Shown here: positions 23,260-37,559 of the stretch, piece by piece
Numbering within the stretch: position 1 is the stretch's first letter
How the letters are laid out: each line of letters starts with the position of its first letter
Assembly (NCBI GenBank): GCA_964016885.1
Contig: OZ024746.1
Location: 46,252,001 to 46,316,000 of the forward strand
From: Eledone cirrhosa
Lineage: Eukaryota
Length of the DNA: 64,000 nucleotides
Direction: 5' to 3'
Translations under genes and position numbers: made by a program
Notes under the pieces: model-generated
Told to the model about the DNA's origin: nothing
The model's input: the letters and a program-made list of their open reading frames with translations, nothing else
The model's database searches: none

Positions 23260-23775
23260 AGGAGCTGCTCAGTGGTCATTTGGTCTTTTAGAAATAGCAA
23301 TAATATTCTCTCAATCTCTTCCGCAAGTCTTAAAAATGGAAATAGCTATGGATATACAAAGGACAGAATGGACAATGCCTTTGATCATATATCTACTTGA
23401 TCATAGCTTACACAGGGCTACTCATGATGACAAACAATAACAATCAGATCTGAATGTCCTATACCAGTTCTAGTCTGAAAACGACACACATTCTAACCAG
23501 ATATCTGCTGCTCTATTGATCCAGTTATTTAGATTCTCTATCTCCATCTTTCTCACTCAAAGCAAGCTGAGAAAACTTCAACATGGTCATTTGGCTTGCT
23601 AACAATAGCAAATTTTCTTCAAATTACAACCTGCCATCTTAAAAACAGGACACACTGATAATAAGATCTAAGATATGTTATCTGAAACACTGAAAAAAAA
23701 GGTGGGTTCATCAAAAATGGAATATCATTTGATCATGAGTCACTGATCAGAGCCCACATTTGGCTAAACAAAAGC
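23260..23775. repeat. Two diverged copies of an unclassified ~190-bp repeat
   Basis: TGGTCATTTGG...AATAGCAA...TCTTAAAAA...TTTGATCAT shared by 23260-23440 and 23580-23775. Confidence 0.45.
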
Positions 23776-24957
23776 AACCTAACTGAAAAGAGAATGCATC
23801 TATTATTTTGAAACACAGAGGCTAATACTGCAATGTAATCTATATATTATGGAATTATGTAATCTTGCTAAACATATTCAGAAACGAAGTAATCTATATA
23901 CTTTTCCATAATACTAGACTTTATAAACATCAATGCCTTATATAAGAAAATGCCTTAATCCTTTTTAGAAGTCATTTTCTAATAATTGTTTCCATACTGC
24001 TGAAAAGGGTCCATCCCACCCTTAAAAAAGCTTAGCTAAGAGAAACAATATATTATAGATGAATAGGAACCACTATGAAACCTCGAAACCTCAAGAAATA
24101 AGAGCTAAATATTTATAAAGTCCACCTTACTATTTTCAAAAATCGAAGGCTACATTATTTAAAAGAGTTCTTGATGTAACATGTCTGAAAAAAAAGGTTA
24201 ATTGGGAAAAATAAATCGCTCGTCTTATTGAATTGCTGAAATCTATTGTACAACAGCTTGCTCTGACATAGTCATTATACTACATGCTGTGACATCATAC
24301 TAGTTGATATTAAGAATATTCTATATTCTATAAAATATCTATATAAAATGAAACAAAATAGATTTGGAAAATTAAGGAATTTCTTTTAAAAATCCAACCC
24401 TATTCCTACCAACTAACTTAAGACAACTTTTCAGCTTCAGAAGTGAGATCATTTTAGAGGACATGGCTGTGTAAACCTGTGTCCTGCTCTCAACTCAAGA
24501 AATCATTATTCATCCCAACCACACCAAACATAACTTTGGATTTTTTATTGAAATACATGATATCACATATATTGAAAATCAATTATGTATATCAGAAAAT
24601 TCTGCAGTTATTAAAAAAATGTATATAAAATTTCTATATTTGGGTCTAAGCAATATCTATTGATGTATATTGGTAAGCATGGCAATCAATTTATTTATAA
24701 ACTATTCCTTTTGTTTTGTTTTCATTTTTGTTTTTTTGTTTTTTCTTTCTTTCTTTTTTTTTTTTGCAATTTTTTGTTAACTTTCTCACTAATCAATAAT
24801 GTTACTTCAAGAATGATATCTGACCCAACAAAACAAAAACTTACATAAATATTTCTCTCACCATTTCCTCACTCTCTCTACATATATATATATATTCATT
24901 CTCATTTCATTTTTCTATGCCGGCAGCATATGTGTGTGTATATATATATGCATTTAT

Positions 24958-25740
24958 ATCATCATCATCAAAACGGCTGCCTTTCCTGCTAGCAATGGTT
25001 GGATGGGTCTACATAGACCAAGTCAGTACTGCAATGGGGCTACTGACTTCCCAGACAGGCCAGGATTCTGCATAGTCTTTATGTATGGTCTCACATTCTA
25101 CTGAGTGCACAGGAGAGGTTGCCATGTCTTTGACACAACTGAATGGTCCTACCAACCCTTTGTTTCACAAGCTTTCTATAGCTGGATGCCCTTCCTATCA
25201 CCAATCATTTTACAGGGTATACTGGGTGTGTTTATCATGCAGATGTAGTTTTTGGCAAGCTTTGTATGGCTTGATATCCTTCCTGAGACCTATCACTTTA
25301 CAGCATGTACAGGGTGCGTTTATCATGTACATCACCAACACTACTGAGGTTGTCAATGTGACATGACTGAAGGATCTTCTCAACCCTTTTTTTTCCATGG
25401 AGATGAATACACTGAAGTGGTTGGGATGGGACTTGCCAGTGCTGGAAATGGAAGGTGTAGTGATAAAGAAGTGATAGTGGAGGGGACATGGGTAGGGTGC
25501 AACGTGTAGCTAGTAGGATGCAATAGTGGGGGAGACAGCAGCTAAGGGATGAATACAGGAGGAGCATGGATGGAGTGGGGGGCGGGGGTATAGTGATGGT
25601 GAGGATAACTACTAGGATGTGTTAGTGGAGGGAGCATGGGTTGGATGCATAAGCATGAGGAGAGTGGCTACACAAGTGTGATAGTCTAGCAGTGTTTTAG
25701 TGGGCAGCAGCTAAGGAGTGAATGTTGGTGGAGGTGTCAT
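24958..25740 (-). mobile_element. Degenerate non-coding RTE-UTR-derived element
   Basis: Minus strand has a C-rich segment, CCCTGTAAAATGATTGGTGATAGGAAGGGCATCCAGCTATAGAAA modules and a (GAT)n tail. Confidence 0.5.
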
Positions 25741-25750
25741 GTAAATTGCA

Positions 25751-26029
25751 ATTGTTAGTAAATGTAGAAATCTTGAACACAGAAAATAACTGTAGCCACA
25801 GTTGATTGCTATAAATAATAGCTTAGAGAATTGGGTAAAATGCTCCTATAGATGGAAAAAAGTGGCCAACAACTGCTACAGAGAATCACAGAGTTTGATT
25901 TTCTATAGGAGCTGCTGGCCACTTCTGTCTATAGGGGTATTTTACCCAACTTTCTAAGGTAAAATTTATCGCAATCAATTTGTTCACATTTATTTTCTAC
26001 ATCTGAGATTTTCAAAATTTACTAAGAAT
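25751..26029. mobile_element. ~280-bp foldback palindrome (MITE-like)
   Basis: Arms pair imperfectly over ~135 bp around a short loop near 25892 (TTGATTGC/GCAATCAA, TTGGGTAAAAT/ATTTTACCCAA, AAGTGGCCA/TGGCCACTT). Confidence 0.8.
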
Positions 26030-27000
26030 ATATGTATATATATTTTTTTATTTAAAGAGCATGCAAATATTTTGTATCTTGAAATGAATTCGTAGTGTGA
26101 ATCTGTTTTTAGGATATTTTTTCTGATTAATATACTGCTGTCACATGCTCAAACATTTTCCCCAATGTTCTAAATTAATTCAGTGGTTAAACTTAAATTT
26201 TTGATGTGTAGTTAAACAGGTTAATATATTCAATGGCGAGATGGTGTTTAATAGGCAAGGAAAATTCATTACTTTGGTGCGTCCAAGGAGGGATGAGTCT
26301 ATTCTATATTACAAAAGGCAAATTAGACGTTGGAAATAACCTAGCTCCACATAAATCCTGCTGGTGTACACCCACTTCCTATAAAATGCCCACACCACGT
26401 ATTATTTTCATGTAATTAATGTTGCATGTAACATGTGTTATGTATTTTTTATGAAGCAATATTACATTAATTTAATGTAGTGTAAATAAAATAATATTTT
26501 TTTGGTATATAGTTTCCTTACTTGTTATTTAATAGTGTTTTTAACCTTCTGATTTTCCTCTTGCTTGATTTCACTATATAAAAATCGTGATCCCTATGCA
26601 AAATTTGTGACAATGACAACACAAAATTATTGACATCGAACTAAAGAGCATGCTACATAGATTTATCAATGGTATATATATACAATAATTTTGGTGCCTT
26701 CGACATAACAAAACTGGTGAACCAAAATAAGAAACACGCTACATAATATAATCTTGTATAAGTTTGCATGATACCTGATGTAAGAACACTTATGATTTAA
26801 AAACATGTTTATTTTACATAGGTAAAATGGTATTTAAACACTGACATGGGAACACTACATATATACTGATATCATTTTAAAGCAAACAAATGACTGATTT
26901 TCTTGTCTTTATTTTTCTAGCTATAAATGCTGAAGTAGTTAGTAATTTAACATTAAGATTAATACAAATTAGCAGATTAAATATAGATTTATAAGCTAAG

Positions 27001-27220
27001 TGTTATTGAATTGGCAGTATTGGTAGAGCATTGGACAAGCATTGTGGCATAGAATTACATCCCTTTACGTTCTGAGTTCAAATCCCATCGAGAGAGGTTC
27101 GCATTGCCTTTTATCCTTAGAAAGTCAATAAAATAAAGTACTAGTAATGCACTGGGGAATTTAATTGACTTTCCTCTCCCTCAAAATTATTGGCTTTGTA
27201 CCTAAATCAGAAATCATTAT
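27001..27220 (+). mobile_element. tRNA-derived SINE with a Meta/Sauria-like central block (family M)
   Basis: TGGCAGTATTGGTAGAGC, GAGTTCAAATCC, TTGCCTTTTATCCTT..GTCAATAAAATAAAGTAC; similar to 33377 and 46325. Confidence 0.75.
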
Positions 27221-27231
27221 TAGCCAGAGAG

Positions 27232-27350
27232 TCTGAGTTCAAATTCTGCCGAGGTTAACTTTGCCTTTCAACCTTACGGGGTCGATAAAATAAAGTACCA
27301 GTTATGTACTGGGTAATTGATGGCCTTCTGCCAAAATGGAAACAATTATT
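27232..27350 (+). mobile_element. 5'-truncated family M SINE with 16-bp TSD
   Basis: ATTATTAGCCAGAGAG at 27216-27231 and 27345-27360. Confidence 0.8.
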
Positions 27351-28254
27351 AGCCAGAGAGGTGTTTTGTGATGTTAATTTAGATGCCATTATTTTTGGTG
27401 ACAAACTTTAAACAGATGGTTCTCATAAATTCAAAATGTCTTATACTTACTTCTTAAAGTAATATTATGGATTAGCATTACTAGGTAATATTTGATGAAA
27501 AATATTTGTTTTCAAAAAATTTGCAGTAGCTATGTTGTATAAACAATCAACTGATTCATACCAATAAATTACTTTTTATAGTTCACACAGATTCTCTTTA
27601 AATTACTTTATAGTCTGACAAAATACTTGCAATATTTTAGGATTAGTCCGGCTATTCTAATCCTTTAACAGTCAGTGCTGGACTTAAAAGCTAAATAAGC
27701 ATTAGCTTAGGACCACTCTCTCTCGGTGCCTCATTTGTTAAAATATATTTTTATGTTATCATCAGTTTTTATTCTTTAACACTAAATCATAAAAAACATA
27801 TATATATATAAAGGGATCGAGCATTATTCTTAATGTTCTATATAACCCGTACGTACATATGTATGTGTATATATATGTGTGCGTATGTATACATATATAT
27901 GTGTATACATGTGCATACTTACATTTATGTATCAGCTGTGCTAAGGCGAGGATAAAAGGAGAGCTAGGAGAGCAAGAAGTGCAATAAAAACAGGAGAGCA
28001 AGGATAAAAGCAGAGCAAGGAGAAAAGGGGAGTAAGGATAGCAATGAAAAAAGGAGAGGAAGGAGAAAAGGAGAGCAAGGAGAGGAAGGGGTGGAAATGT
28101 AGGTAGGGGAGGAAGGGGAGGGGGAGGAATTGGATGATGAGGAGGAGAGGAGCATATATACATATATCAGTATGTGGTTATATATACAATGTATATATAT
28201 ATTTGCTGGGGGGTTGCCTGGATGTGTCCACAAATTTCTCTAAGAAGAAAAAAG

Positions 28255-28477
28255 AAAATGGTCGAGATAGGGAACAGTATACCACTTTTGAACAGAATTA
28301 ATCGTTGCGTATACTATGTTCCAACTTCAAGGCATTTGAGGGTCACCTAACAATTATCCGATTGAGCTGAAATTTTGCACACCCTGTTTTTTTTTTGTTG
28401 ATTGTAACAGGATTAGGGCGTGTGAGCAGCAAAATTTTAACTTTCAAAAAATTACCTATTGCTAAGTGCCACCTTAA
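28255..28477. mobile_element. Possible Kolobok-like DNA transposon end
   Basis: Ends AAGTGCCACCC-TTAA with an internal CCGATTGAGCTGAAATTTTGCACA motif; the partner end was not found. Confidence 0.3.
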
Positions 28478-28524
<47 letters not shown>

Positions 28525-29150
28525 CACATATATATATATTACTTATTCTTAACATTAATTTATCATTAACATTATTTATCATTAACATTAATAAAATAAT
28601 AGAAATCCTTTTTTTACCCAATTTCTTTTATAGAAGTTCGTCAAATTTTATATAGCTTACCTCCCTTCTTCTGATTACTGAATGCTCATTAAATTAATAA
28701 GTAGAATATTCTGTTAATCAATGAAATATCCATTATCAAAACTGTTGGTGGATTCATCATAAGCAGAAAGTTTTAAGTCTTCAGTTAAGATTTAATTCCT
28801 GATTGTATTTATTTCAATTCTACAAATGTTCTTGAGAAATGTAAAAACATCCAACTCTAGTTCTATTCTAAGTCCTCAGATTCAATCTTCTTTAATGAGC
28901 ATCCTGATTTATCAACACAACAAAACAGTTGACTAGTTAAAATGTTAGAGGGTGATATAAATATTTTTATTTTATATGCAATATATTTGTACAGCCTCTA
29001 TTCTATATGACATCTTGAATTTGCAAGAACATTATTCACTATTTCTACAGTCTAACCTGTTAGCCCATAGTCTTAAATATTTTAAGCCCCTTAAGATTAA
29101 TATCCTTATGAACCCCATTAATTAACCATTTCATATAACTCTACTCCAAT

Positions 29151-29192
<42 letters not shown>

Positions 29193-30661
29193 ATGATGGT
29201 GGTAGTGCTATTACTATTTAATAATATATTATCTGTGTGTATCTGGACTGCAAGTCTTCAGTAGTAATGAGAAAGAAATAAACAGATAGAAGGAAATATA
29301 AAAGGAAGGAAGAAATGAAATAAAGGAAGAAGGTAAGACATGCATAAATGAAAATTGGTGAGGAGAAATAAAGAAAAGAAAATACAAATAAAGTAAGATA
29401 GAATTAATAGTGATCTAGAATATGTAAAAATGTCAACAGCTGTCATTGACCAAAATCATTCCTCTACATCAAGCTAAAATCAGAAAATTTGATAAAGCAA
29501 TATTCCATTTATCTCATTCAATACACAGATATGTTGCTGGACTAATTTCTACGAGGCTGCTAAAGTATGCAAAAATTTAATTCTAAAGATTTGATGCTGT
29601 ATCATTTTGGGATTATTTGAAATCTAATTTTAGTTTGTGGCATTTGTAGTTTTGAGATTACAATTTAACCCCTTATTGAGGAGAGAATCAAAAGTTTAAG
29701 CCTTGTTTCAGCCACATTGTTGTGCCTATCCTCCTATCAAGAAACATTTCCATGCTTTAATATACTAAAATACAAAATGCATTCACACTTAAAATTTGAC
29801 TTGATTGATCATAAAAATGAATGTGAGTATCATGGTGGAAGAATTTACTTCCAGGGATATCGAGACAAATTAATTTCATTTCCCAAAGAAATTTAGTTCC
29901 TACCATTTAAGCTGCTACTAAGGTCTTTGAAAGCTGTATGGATCCTTGATCCATTAACTACTCCAACACACTGATTTATTCAAAATAGTGTCATCATTTT
30001 CGTGAGGAACTCTGAATAAAACTTGGTTTAATAAATTTATCTGCTCAGAAATTCAGACAGATATTCATGCTTTTAAGACATTCAGGTCTGTTTTATGATA
30101 TTCCTTCATGATTAAGTATGCCTTGGAAAGTTTGCTCAATATCTTGTTTTGGGAAGATTCTTGATATTCAATATCTTCTACAACATAGATTTTGCTATCT
30201 AAAACATTCGCTGCTACAGGCATTTAAATCGACCTTGAGAATAAGGAATACATTTCAGATATAGATATATCACTTTAATAAAAATGATTTATCTCTTTTG
30301 CACTAGCATTAATAAATTTTTACTTTAAATATCATTTCAAGAAAAATCATTATCACCATCATGCTCTTTTCTGTATATGATGAGGAAAGGATTTTGCTTT
30401 GAGCAATATTTTTTGTCTTTTAAATTGTTCAAGATTTCTGAGTCTATTAATAAGCACTTATGATCTTAAAAACGCTTGTTCATTCAGTCTCATTAGTAAT
30501 AAAGTCTTCTTAGCATCAATTTAGAATTAAAATTAATGAGCAAATAAATTCATTTATGTTAAATGTGTAATATCTTTGAACATTTTTGTCACAGAATGTT
30601 TAACAAAATTGATAGGCATTTTTCTCTTAGTAGTCTTAATGGCAAATCGAGTAACACACAC

Positions 30662-30701
<40 letters not shown>

Positions 30702-31369
30702 GAAATTTAATTTCTGTCAAAGCTATGATCTTATGACATACCTATGAAATATAACTAACAAAGTAATAGATGAAAAGTTGTTTGCTCCTTATATATGAAC
30801 AAAATACGTTAACAATATTTTGATAAATGTCTTTGAGGAAATATAATGAAACTTTTTAATTATACAGGTCATAACTTTCACCAATTCCCTCATTAATTTC
30901 TAATTTTTGCTGCTAGATGTTACAGATAAATTGAAGTTCAAGCAATCAGGCTCAGGTATGTCTGCTCCCACAAAGGTGCCATTTACAACAATAATAGTGG
31001 ACAATTTGATTTTCAACTATATGCCAGCCATAGGGCTGTATCTCCACTATGGCTCCTCTAGTGAGTGTAGCAGCCTTTTCTACTTTAAACATGATATTTG
31101 TATATTATGCAATTAACAATTTAATGTATTCATCTTACCAAGAATTCTCAAATGTTCTAAATCCTTTATTTCCAAATTTGACTTTTTAAAGACCCTTTCA
31201 CTAGCTATGAAAGAATCCAACTGATTATCACCTAGATTACTGTTGCTTTGGTATCCCTCTTCCAGGAAGAACTTGCTTTGTTTTGGGACTTGAATGATCA
31301 GTCTGCTTCACTGTGACAAAATGACTATAATGGTTTACTGCAATTAGAAAAGATAATTTCATCAAGACC

Positions 31370-31462
31370 TAATTTCCTCAGTATATCAGAGTTTACCATG
31401 TTTTCAAGTTCACTTTTAAATTTGTCTTTAACTTCAGCAGGAACTTGATGTGGGGCTGCGTT
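31370..31462 (-). pseudogene. Possible Gypsy pol (RT N-terminal) relic
   Basis: AAPHQVPAEVKDKFKSELENMVNSDILRK resembles the PRRVP..LK.K.K.EL..M...II motif; flanks not interpretable. Confidence 0.3.
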
Positions 31463-31599
31463 ATACTCTTATCTACTATGATTAGCCAGAGAGGTCATTG
31501 GTATTTTGTCATGTTAATTTAGATACCATTAATTTTTGGTGACACTTCAAACAAGTGGCCATTCAAATAATCTTACACATTCATTCTTTCTTTTATTGA

Positions 31600-31899
31600 C
31601 AGAGAAGTTCTGTGATTGGCCCAATGTAGAGTCTGAGTCTGAGGCACAAGTCCGGGCAAGTTTGTTTGTGGAAGACCAGCCTCCCCTCTCCACGCCACCG
31701 ATGATGTCCAAGGGAAAGGCAAAGGCCTATACATCTTGACACCAGTGACATAGCAACTCATTTCTACAGCTGAGTAAACTGGAGCAACATGAAATAAAGT
31801 GTCTTGCACAAGGAAACAACACATGACCCGGTCCGAAAATCGAACTAACAATCTCACTATTGTAAGCCAAATGCTCTAACGACTAAGCTATGCATCTTC
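31600..31899 (-). mobile_element. CORE-type SINE, tail family C
   Basis: Head and CORE as in family A (GCTTAGTCGTTAGAGC, GTTCGATT, CCTTGTGCAAGACACTTTATTTC); tail shared with 16968-17170. Confidence 0.8.
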
Positions 31900-33376
31900 A
31901 AATATATAGAACACCAGCACCTTGTCCTGGGAAACTTTGTCTCTCAACTTTGAATCAAAATGTACTTGTGTGGTTGCTGTCCTTTTAATACTTAGAATGT
32001 AAATTTACAAAATATTACCTTACGAAATATCCCCACAGGAGATACAGAACAAACTGAATTCTCTAACATTATTTTGCATTGAATATTATAAAGTCACACT
32101 CTGCCAGGCTTCATGAAGCCAGCTCTAATTAAATTAACATAAGTGAATTTAATGTACTATTAGAAATTATGTGGTTAGCTTCAAATAAGCCAAACCTATT
32201 ATTTCATGTCTTATAACTTGTTTCATCAGGTTTGAGCTTTGAATGAATATCATGCTATTTCTTCTTTTTCAGCACCATTTCCATTTATTCCTCCTACTTT
32301 AGCTTTATGTGCAACTCCTTCTGACTACACATAATAATAATATTAGTAATAACTGTTTTTGATTTAAGCACAAATCAACAATGTTGGGGGTGGGGAATGT
32401 TGATTAAATTGACCCCGGTGTGCTACTAATACTTTATTTTATTGTTCCAATAGGGATGAAAGGCAAAATAATAATAATCTATTCACTGTTGATTCTGACA
32501 TCATATACCCCTACCCAGATCATAACACCCTTTACTCCTCAAACTTTCTGCCCTAGGGATTTGTTTTGTTTTTTTCTCTGTGTCATTCTTATACAACTTG
32601 TATTTTTACACCAGAATTATAGTGCTTCTATGAATAGTCAACATTGTCTATTGGGAGTATGACCATCTATTCTCAACAGCAAAACAATTGGTACTCTTAT
32701 AAATGAAATGTTCTTGCACTACACCTTATCTAACCATTACTAATCACAACCATCACTTAATTGAACCACTCATAGTCACTACAAATGTGAAACCTTACAA
32801 TGTTTATTATATCTCGTATATGTAACTGTATACCAAAACTACGCTTTCTTTTGAGAACCAGAAAATTGTAGCTTATTAGAGACATACATTAGAGAACTAT
32901 CATATATATACACAAATATAAGCTGATGAGAAATGGGCAAAAATACAAAACTTATTTACTTAGAATTTGAAGTTGATGAAAATCGTCAAAATATTGACCC
33001 CAAATATAAGCCAACCTTTCCTTATAACATTCATGGGGGGGGGGGGGGGCACATATAATTCTCAACTTATATATTTAAGTATATATGGTACTTTCGTACA
33101 TGGGGCAACATACTTGCTAAAAAAAACATATTCAACCATATCCCATAAAATTCATTTAGTTGATTGGCAAAACTCCCTGATGCGATTTCTTCTATCAATT
33201 GTTTCTACTGCTACTAGAATATAATTTACCTCTCTGAACTACCAAGGTATGCACTTTATATGGCCACATCTACTTGATTTAGTCATTTTTCCTTCTTTTC
33301 TTAACATAACAGTGACTCCTCATCATCTCAACTGACCCCAGTAAAAACACTGAATATTTCTTATTTCCTCTCTTTC

Positions 33377-33563
33377 GGTGAATTGGCAGTATCGGTAGAG
33401 GGTTGGACGCCATGCTTTCTGGCATAGTTACATCCCTTTATGGTTCGAGTTCAAATCCCGTCAAAGTTAACTTTGCCTTTCATCCTTACGGGGTCAATAA
33501 AATAAAGTACCAGTAATGTACTGGATAATTACTGGCCTTGTGCCAAAAGTAGAAACAATTATT
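33377..33563 (+). mobile_element. Family M SINE
   Basis: Close match to the reverse complement of 46325-46503. Confidence 0.8.
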
Positions 33564-33799
33564 TCCTAATTTCACTAATTTTTCACTAACTTTTCCTACA
33601 AGCATGAACTTACAGAAGTTTGGGCTTCTGTAACATCAACTTATCAGCTTTTCCTACCTGCAGTGCCATGCCATTAATGATCTCTAACTAAATAATAAAA
33701 GTAACAGTTGTTAATCAAGCAACACAACATATACTTTAACAGTTTCACCCTGAAGTTGTGACTAATACATATTAGCTCTTTGGTCTCTTTTACACAATG

Positions 33800-34130
33800 A
33801 AAAGCACCCAGTACTCACTGTAAATGTGGTTGATATTAGGCAGGGCATCCATCCATAGAAACCAAGCCAAAATTACTTCTGTATGAGCAAGACAGTCATA
33901 TGATCTCAACTTGCCTCAAATAGGACAGCCTGTCTAATGCTAGCATGGAAAATGGACGTTAAACGGGGATGAGGATAATGTTGTGTGTATATATATATAC
34001 ATATTTATATATGTATTTATGTATTTATATATGTATTTATGTAAGTATATATGTATTTATGTATGTATATATGTATTTATGTATGCTAGCGTGGAAGATG
34101 GACGTTAAACGCTGATGATGATGATGATGA
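33800..34130 (+). mobile_element. RTE 3' UTR fragment plus a second short tail copy
   Basis: AAAGCACCCAGTACTCACTGTAAATG...ATGCTAGCATGGAAAATGGACGTTAAACG; tail repeated at 34083-34130. Confidence 0.7.
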
Positions 34131-34594
34131 TATGCCTCACAGGCAATTATTGTGTTACTTGAAGTAGAGCTCAATATATATTTTCTTTTAAATTTCTTTA
34201 TTAAAAAGAAAAAAATTTAAATAATCAAAATTAACTAAAATAGCAAAATATCAATAGCTAACATGATGTTATTGCTAGAAAAATTGCTAAAACATGTCAA
34301 GAATATAGATATGATAATTCAGAACAATATTCTCAGTTATCTCCAAAAATAATTGCACTCTTATGCAGAGGTGACAATTTACTCAAACCAGAATAGTGTT
34401 TAAGGGAAGAGGAATCTACTTGAACTAAATTCTTAAATTCAATTGTTTGTCTAGACTATTATACTTTAGGTTTTTGTTATTCCTCTGAGATACATGTAAG
34501 AAATATATATATAATTATTTTGCAATGTTACATAAGTTTACTTACCTATGTATGAATATCTGTGCACCAGTATTATATATATATATAAGCATAT

Positions 34595-34820
34595 TCATCA
34601 TCATCCCCATCTAACATCCATTTTTCCACGCTAGCATGGGTTAGATATGTTGTTTTGTTGGGAGATAAGCCAGATTGAATGACTGTGTCTTGCTCAAACA
34701 GAACTGATTTTGGCTTAGTTTCTATGGCTGGATGCTCTTCCTAACACCAACCACCTTTACAGGGTACTTTTTGTTGTGACACCTAAATGACCACTTTGCA
34801 ATGTGTGTTGGGTGCACCCA
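34595..34820 (-). mobile_element. RTE 3' UTR fragment
   Basis: Reverse complement of the 53750-53960-like UTR with (GAT)n. Confidence 0.7.
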
Positions 34821-37559
34821 TAGCTTGCATCATTTAGAACTGAGCAGGGCCATTTCACAGAGCAATTGGCTGTACATATTTATATCTTTTCCTATTATCA
34901 TATTAATGTGATAAAATTAATGTGACATGCTTCTCAACAAATATGACTTGCTATTACTTTCAAATTTTGAACTCTTAGCCATTGTAGCATGAATATTGTA
35001 TTTCAGTACTAGCCCTTAAGTTTTCACATATATTAAGGGGAATCTGAAATATTTTCAAATGAACGTATTTTACAGGTAACTTTTAAAGCTTAGAACAGAT
35101 TTCAAAAGAAAGACAACTGTTAAGGATGCCATAAAAAGGTTTTGGCTGTATTTTGTTCTAAGATATAAAATAAAATTAATCCTCATCTCTGCATGAGTAG
35201 GCCTATAGCCTAATACTGATTGGGTTAAAAATTGCAACATTCTTTCCATAGCTGTGTAGTGTAATATTTGAGGACTTGAAAAATATGGTCCGTATTTTAG
35301 GAACAAATATTTTTAACAAAGTTCATTTAGGAAGATATTTTATTTCTAATGTGTGAAGTTTAAGCAACTAAATATAAATTGCCTTGTGGCTCAAGAAAAA
35401 TCTCTGACTTAGAGATACCTTGTCATCTTCAAAAGAGATAAATATTAAATGAAACCAAATAGTAATGAAATAGTGCAAAAATGATATCAGCTTTAGAAAT
35501 TGTTTCGAAAATTCATAAATATTCATCAGTCAATTTTATATCAAATTCAAATAAAAGCTCTGATACTCTTTTCCAGAGTGTAATTATGCAAATTTTATAC
35601 ATCTTACTAGAAGAATGCCTCAACACAAAATCTCAATCAAAAACACAGGCATTCTTTTTTCTTTTTTAAGGTTGACATTTAAGATTCGATTGGGATCATC
35701 ATCGTCATCATTATCACCACCACCAATAATGATAATAATAACAATAACAATTATGGTATGGTAATTCAGAGCATGGAAAGACTAAATTTCTGACAGTATT
35801 TAATTTTATCTGTCAAAATGTTAAGTTCAAATCCAACCAGTTCATCTTTCTTTTATAAATCTAGGGTCTGTCAAACTAATGATTATGATTCAATCCACTC
35901 TACATATTCTGTGTCTTTGTGCAATAATAAATAAATTATCATTGCTGTCCTTGTTTTCTGATTTCAAATGTCACCAAAGTCAGCTGTATTTTTTCCGTTT
36001 TCCTATAGTTAATGAAACAATTACTAGATATATTATGGAGCTAATTCAGCTAATTATAATGCTTCCTTGTGTATATCTATTCTAATCTGAAGTTACATAT
36101 AATAAAAGATATGCATATTATCTATTGAGAGCTGTATCTGTTCCCTTCTTAAATATACAGAAACTGGAGTTAAAATACCAGACCTGAAGACTTGTGATAT
36201 TTATGAAGACAATGATTTTTATGTATTTGTATACTTACATATGTCTACAAGCATGGATGTCATTGCATAGGTTTTATTTTATGCATGTGTACATATACTT
36301 ATGTTTGTATGTCTACATATGTGTATATGTTAATTATTATATGTTAAACTTCTAAAGAGCCTCACATATTTTCACAGCTCTAGCAATGTCTTGTAATGGG
36401 TATTTCCTAATTCACCATGTCCTTTTTATTTTGTGAAATCCAGCTTATCATGGCTGATGTTGTGGCAATTGATTCTGTCTCAAAGTGTACCACTGATTAA
36501 AGGTATAAACTTATATTCCTGATGGAGCCCTTGCAAATTTCTCATTAATATGGCATGTGAGCTTTTTTACTTATAGCATTTTATAGCATCTGCTAAGCTA
36601 CAGATTTTTACAACTGAACACTTTTTTTACTCCCTGGCATGTTATGTCTACATATCTATTGAGAATTCATTAGGAAAATGACTACAGTATTATGATTATG
36701 CTATCTACAATATTATTATTTGTTTCAGAACAATACTTTCTATGGATTGCGTTGTACTTTATTTTGACCACTACATCATCTCTTATAGCTACACAGTATT
36801 ATGGCATTTTCAAAAGGCTGCTTATGATGTGAAAGATTTTATGAGTTAATTCCACAGAGATTGCATTAATTGCCCATCTAGGTGTTTTACATGCATTGCA
36901 ATCCTTTTTATGTATAAGATTTTTTAAATTTCTGTTTCTGGATTGCAAACACATGCCATTCAAATTGAACATTAATATATTGGTTGTTAGTTCAAAATAA
37001 ACTATAATAGTGGTTGTCATTTTCTGACAGAATCTTAATGTATAATTTTCTAATGATAAATATACAGCCTCTCATCTAATGATATGTTGTAGTATGACTG
37101 TGCAACATCCTTGGGTGTGTATCTTTGGTTATCAATCAGAGAATGCTTTCTGAGGAGCTCCTAATTCATTCAAACTTATTTGCTTCATGTAGGTAAAATT
37201 GATGGATACTATTTTTGATACTTGGTGGATAATAAATGCTGTTGATGTGACATTTAAAGACTATTTGAATCAATATTAAGCTTCTTTCCATTTTAGGTAG
37301 AGATGATCTATATTATTGCTGATGCGTAAATTTTTCATGCTGATTGATAATTTTGATGTTTTAACATCGATGACCTAGTTCGCAGTCAGATATCTCAAAT
37401 ATTGGTAGTGTATATTTGTTAAGAAAACTAGGTGTAGATAAATAACTTGTAAAACCCGTGTATGCCAGGTACAAAGATGTTATCAGCAATGATAGTTGAG
37501 CAAAGAATTTAATGTGTACTTACACATGCATCAGGACTTGGTTCTTAGATCGATCTTTT

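Noticed and set aside
27940-28155. Pro/Leu-rich ORFs (also 41374-41783)
   Set aside because: Purine-rich low-complexity sequence
36400-37500. Possible very old Penelope RT relic on the minus strand (FNLNG..Q-like motif)
   Set aside because: Motifs too degraded to support by eye
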